The position numbers and the translations under genes were made by a program. The notes under the pieces were generated by a model, which was given only the letters and a program-made list of their open reading frames with translations, did not search any database and was not told the origin of the DNA. Shown here in pieces: positions 19,189-19,212 of a DNA stretch of 19,212 bases. Location: positions 1 through 19,212 of the forward strand of contig CAXXSM010000064.1 of the NCBI GenBank assembly GCA_963663405.2. Reading direction: 5' to 3'. Source of the DNA: a bacterium. GTDB lineage: Bacteria > Hinthialibacterota > Hinthialibacteria > Hinthialibacterales > Hinthialibacteraceae. Each line of letters begins with the position of its first letter. The first letter of the stretch is position 1.

Positions 19189-19212
19189 ATGTCAATGACG
19201 GAAGAAGAACGA
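19189..19212 (+). CDS. Start of a third operon gene (MSMTEEER...), truncated by the window edge
   Basis: AAAGGAGA RBS at 19176-19183 with an ATG at 19189. Open to the end of the window. Only 8 codons are visible. Confidence 0.6.

Noticed and set aside
17544-19212. Calling the JAB/E2 genes CBASS cap3/cap2 or a Bil system
   Set aside because: No CD-NTase, E1 or Ubl is visible, and the E2 is stand-alone rather than fused to E1. Assignment to a named system is not supported from this window.

Overview
Bacterial window with three parts. (1) 48-10330, minus strand: a complete Wsp/Frz-type chemosensory operon (cheW, cheR-TPR, cheW, MCP, cheA-REC, cheB) whose last gene is a REC-PAS-PAS-hybrid histidine kinase rather than a WspR-type diguanylate cyclase. 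(2) 10586-15310: an IS pile-up. A full-length IS21-family element (istA/istB, 11602-14514, no target duplication) sits between a 5'-truncated ISL3 and a 5'-truncated IS1634-like remnant. The latter interrupts a secreted-protein gene whose leader carries a c-di-GMP-I (GEMM) riboswitch and terminator. (3) 15689-19212: the most interesting part. A sigma-54 enhancer-binding protein with an RtcR/PspF-like CARF-type N-terminus is transcribed divergently from a sigma-54 (-24/-12) promoter. That promoter precedes a JAB/JAMM peptidase gene, a ubiquitin-conjugating E2-like gene and a third gene cut by the window edge, making a candidate ligand-inducible bacterial ubiquitin-like conjugation system. About 15 single-base indels, all placeable in short base runs, split many genes and hide the JAB/E2 and activator genes in the ORF track. 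They are most likely sequencing/assembly errors. All family assignments are from motif recognition by eye; no searches were run.
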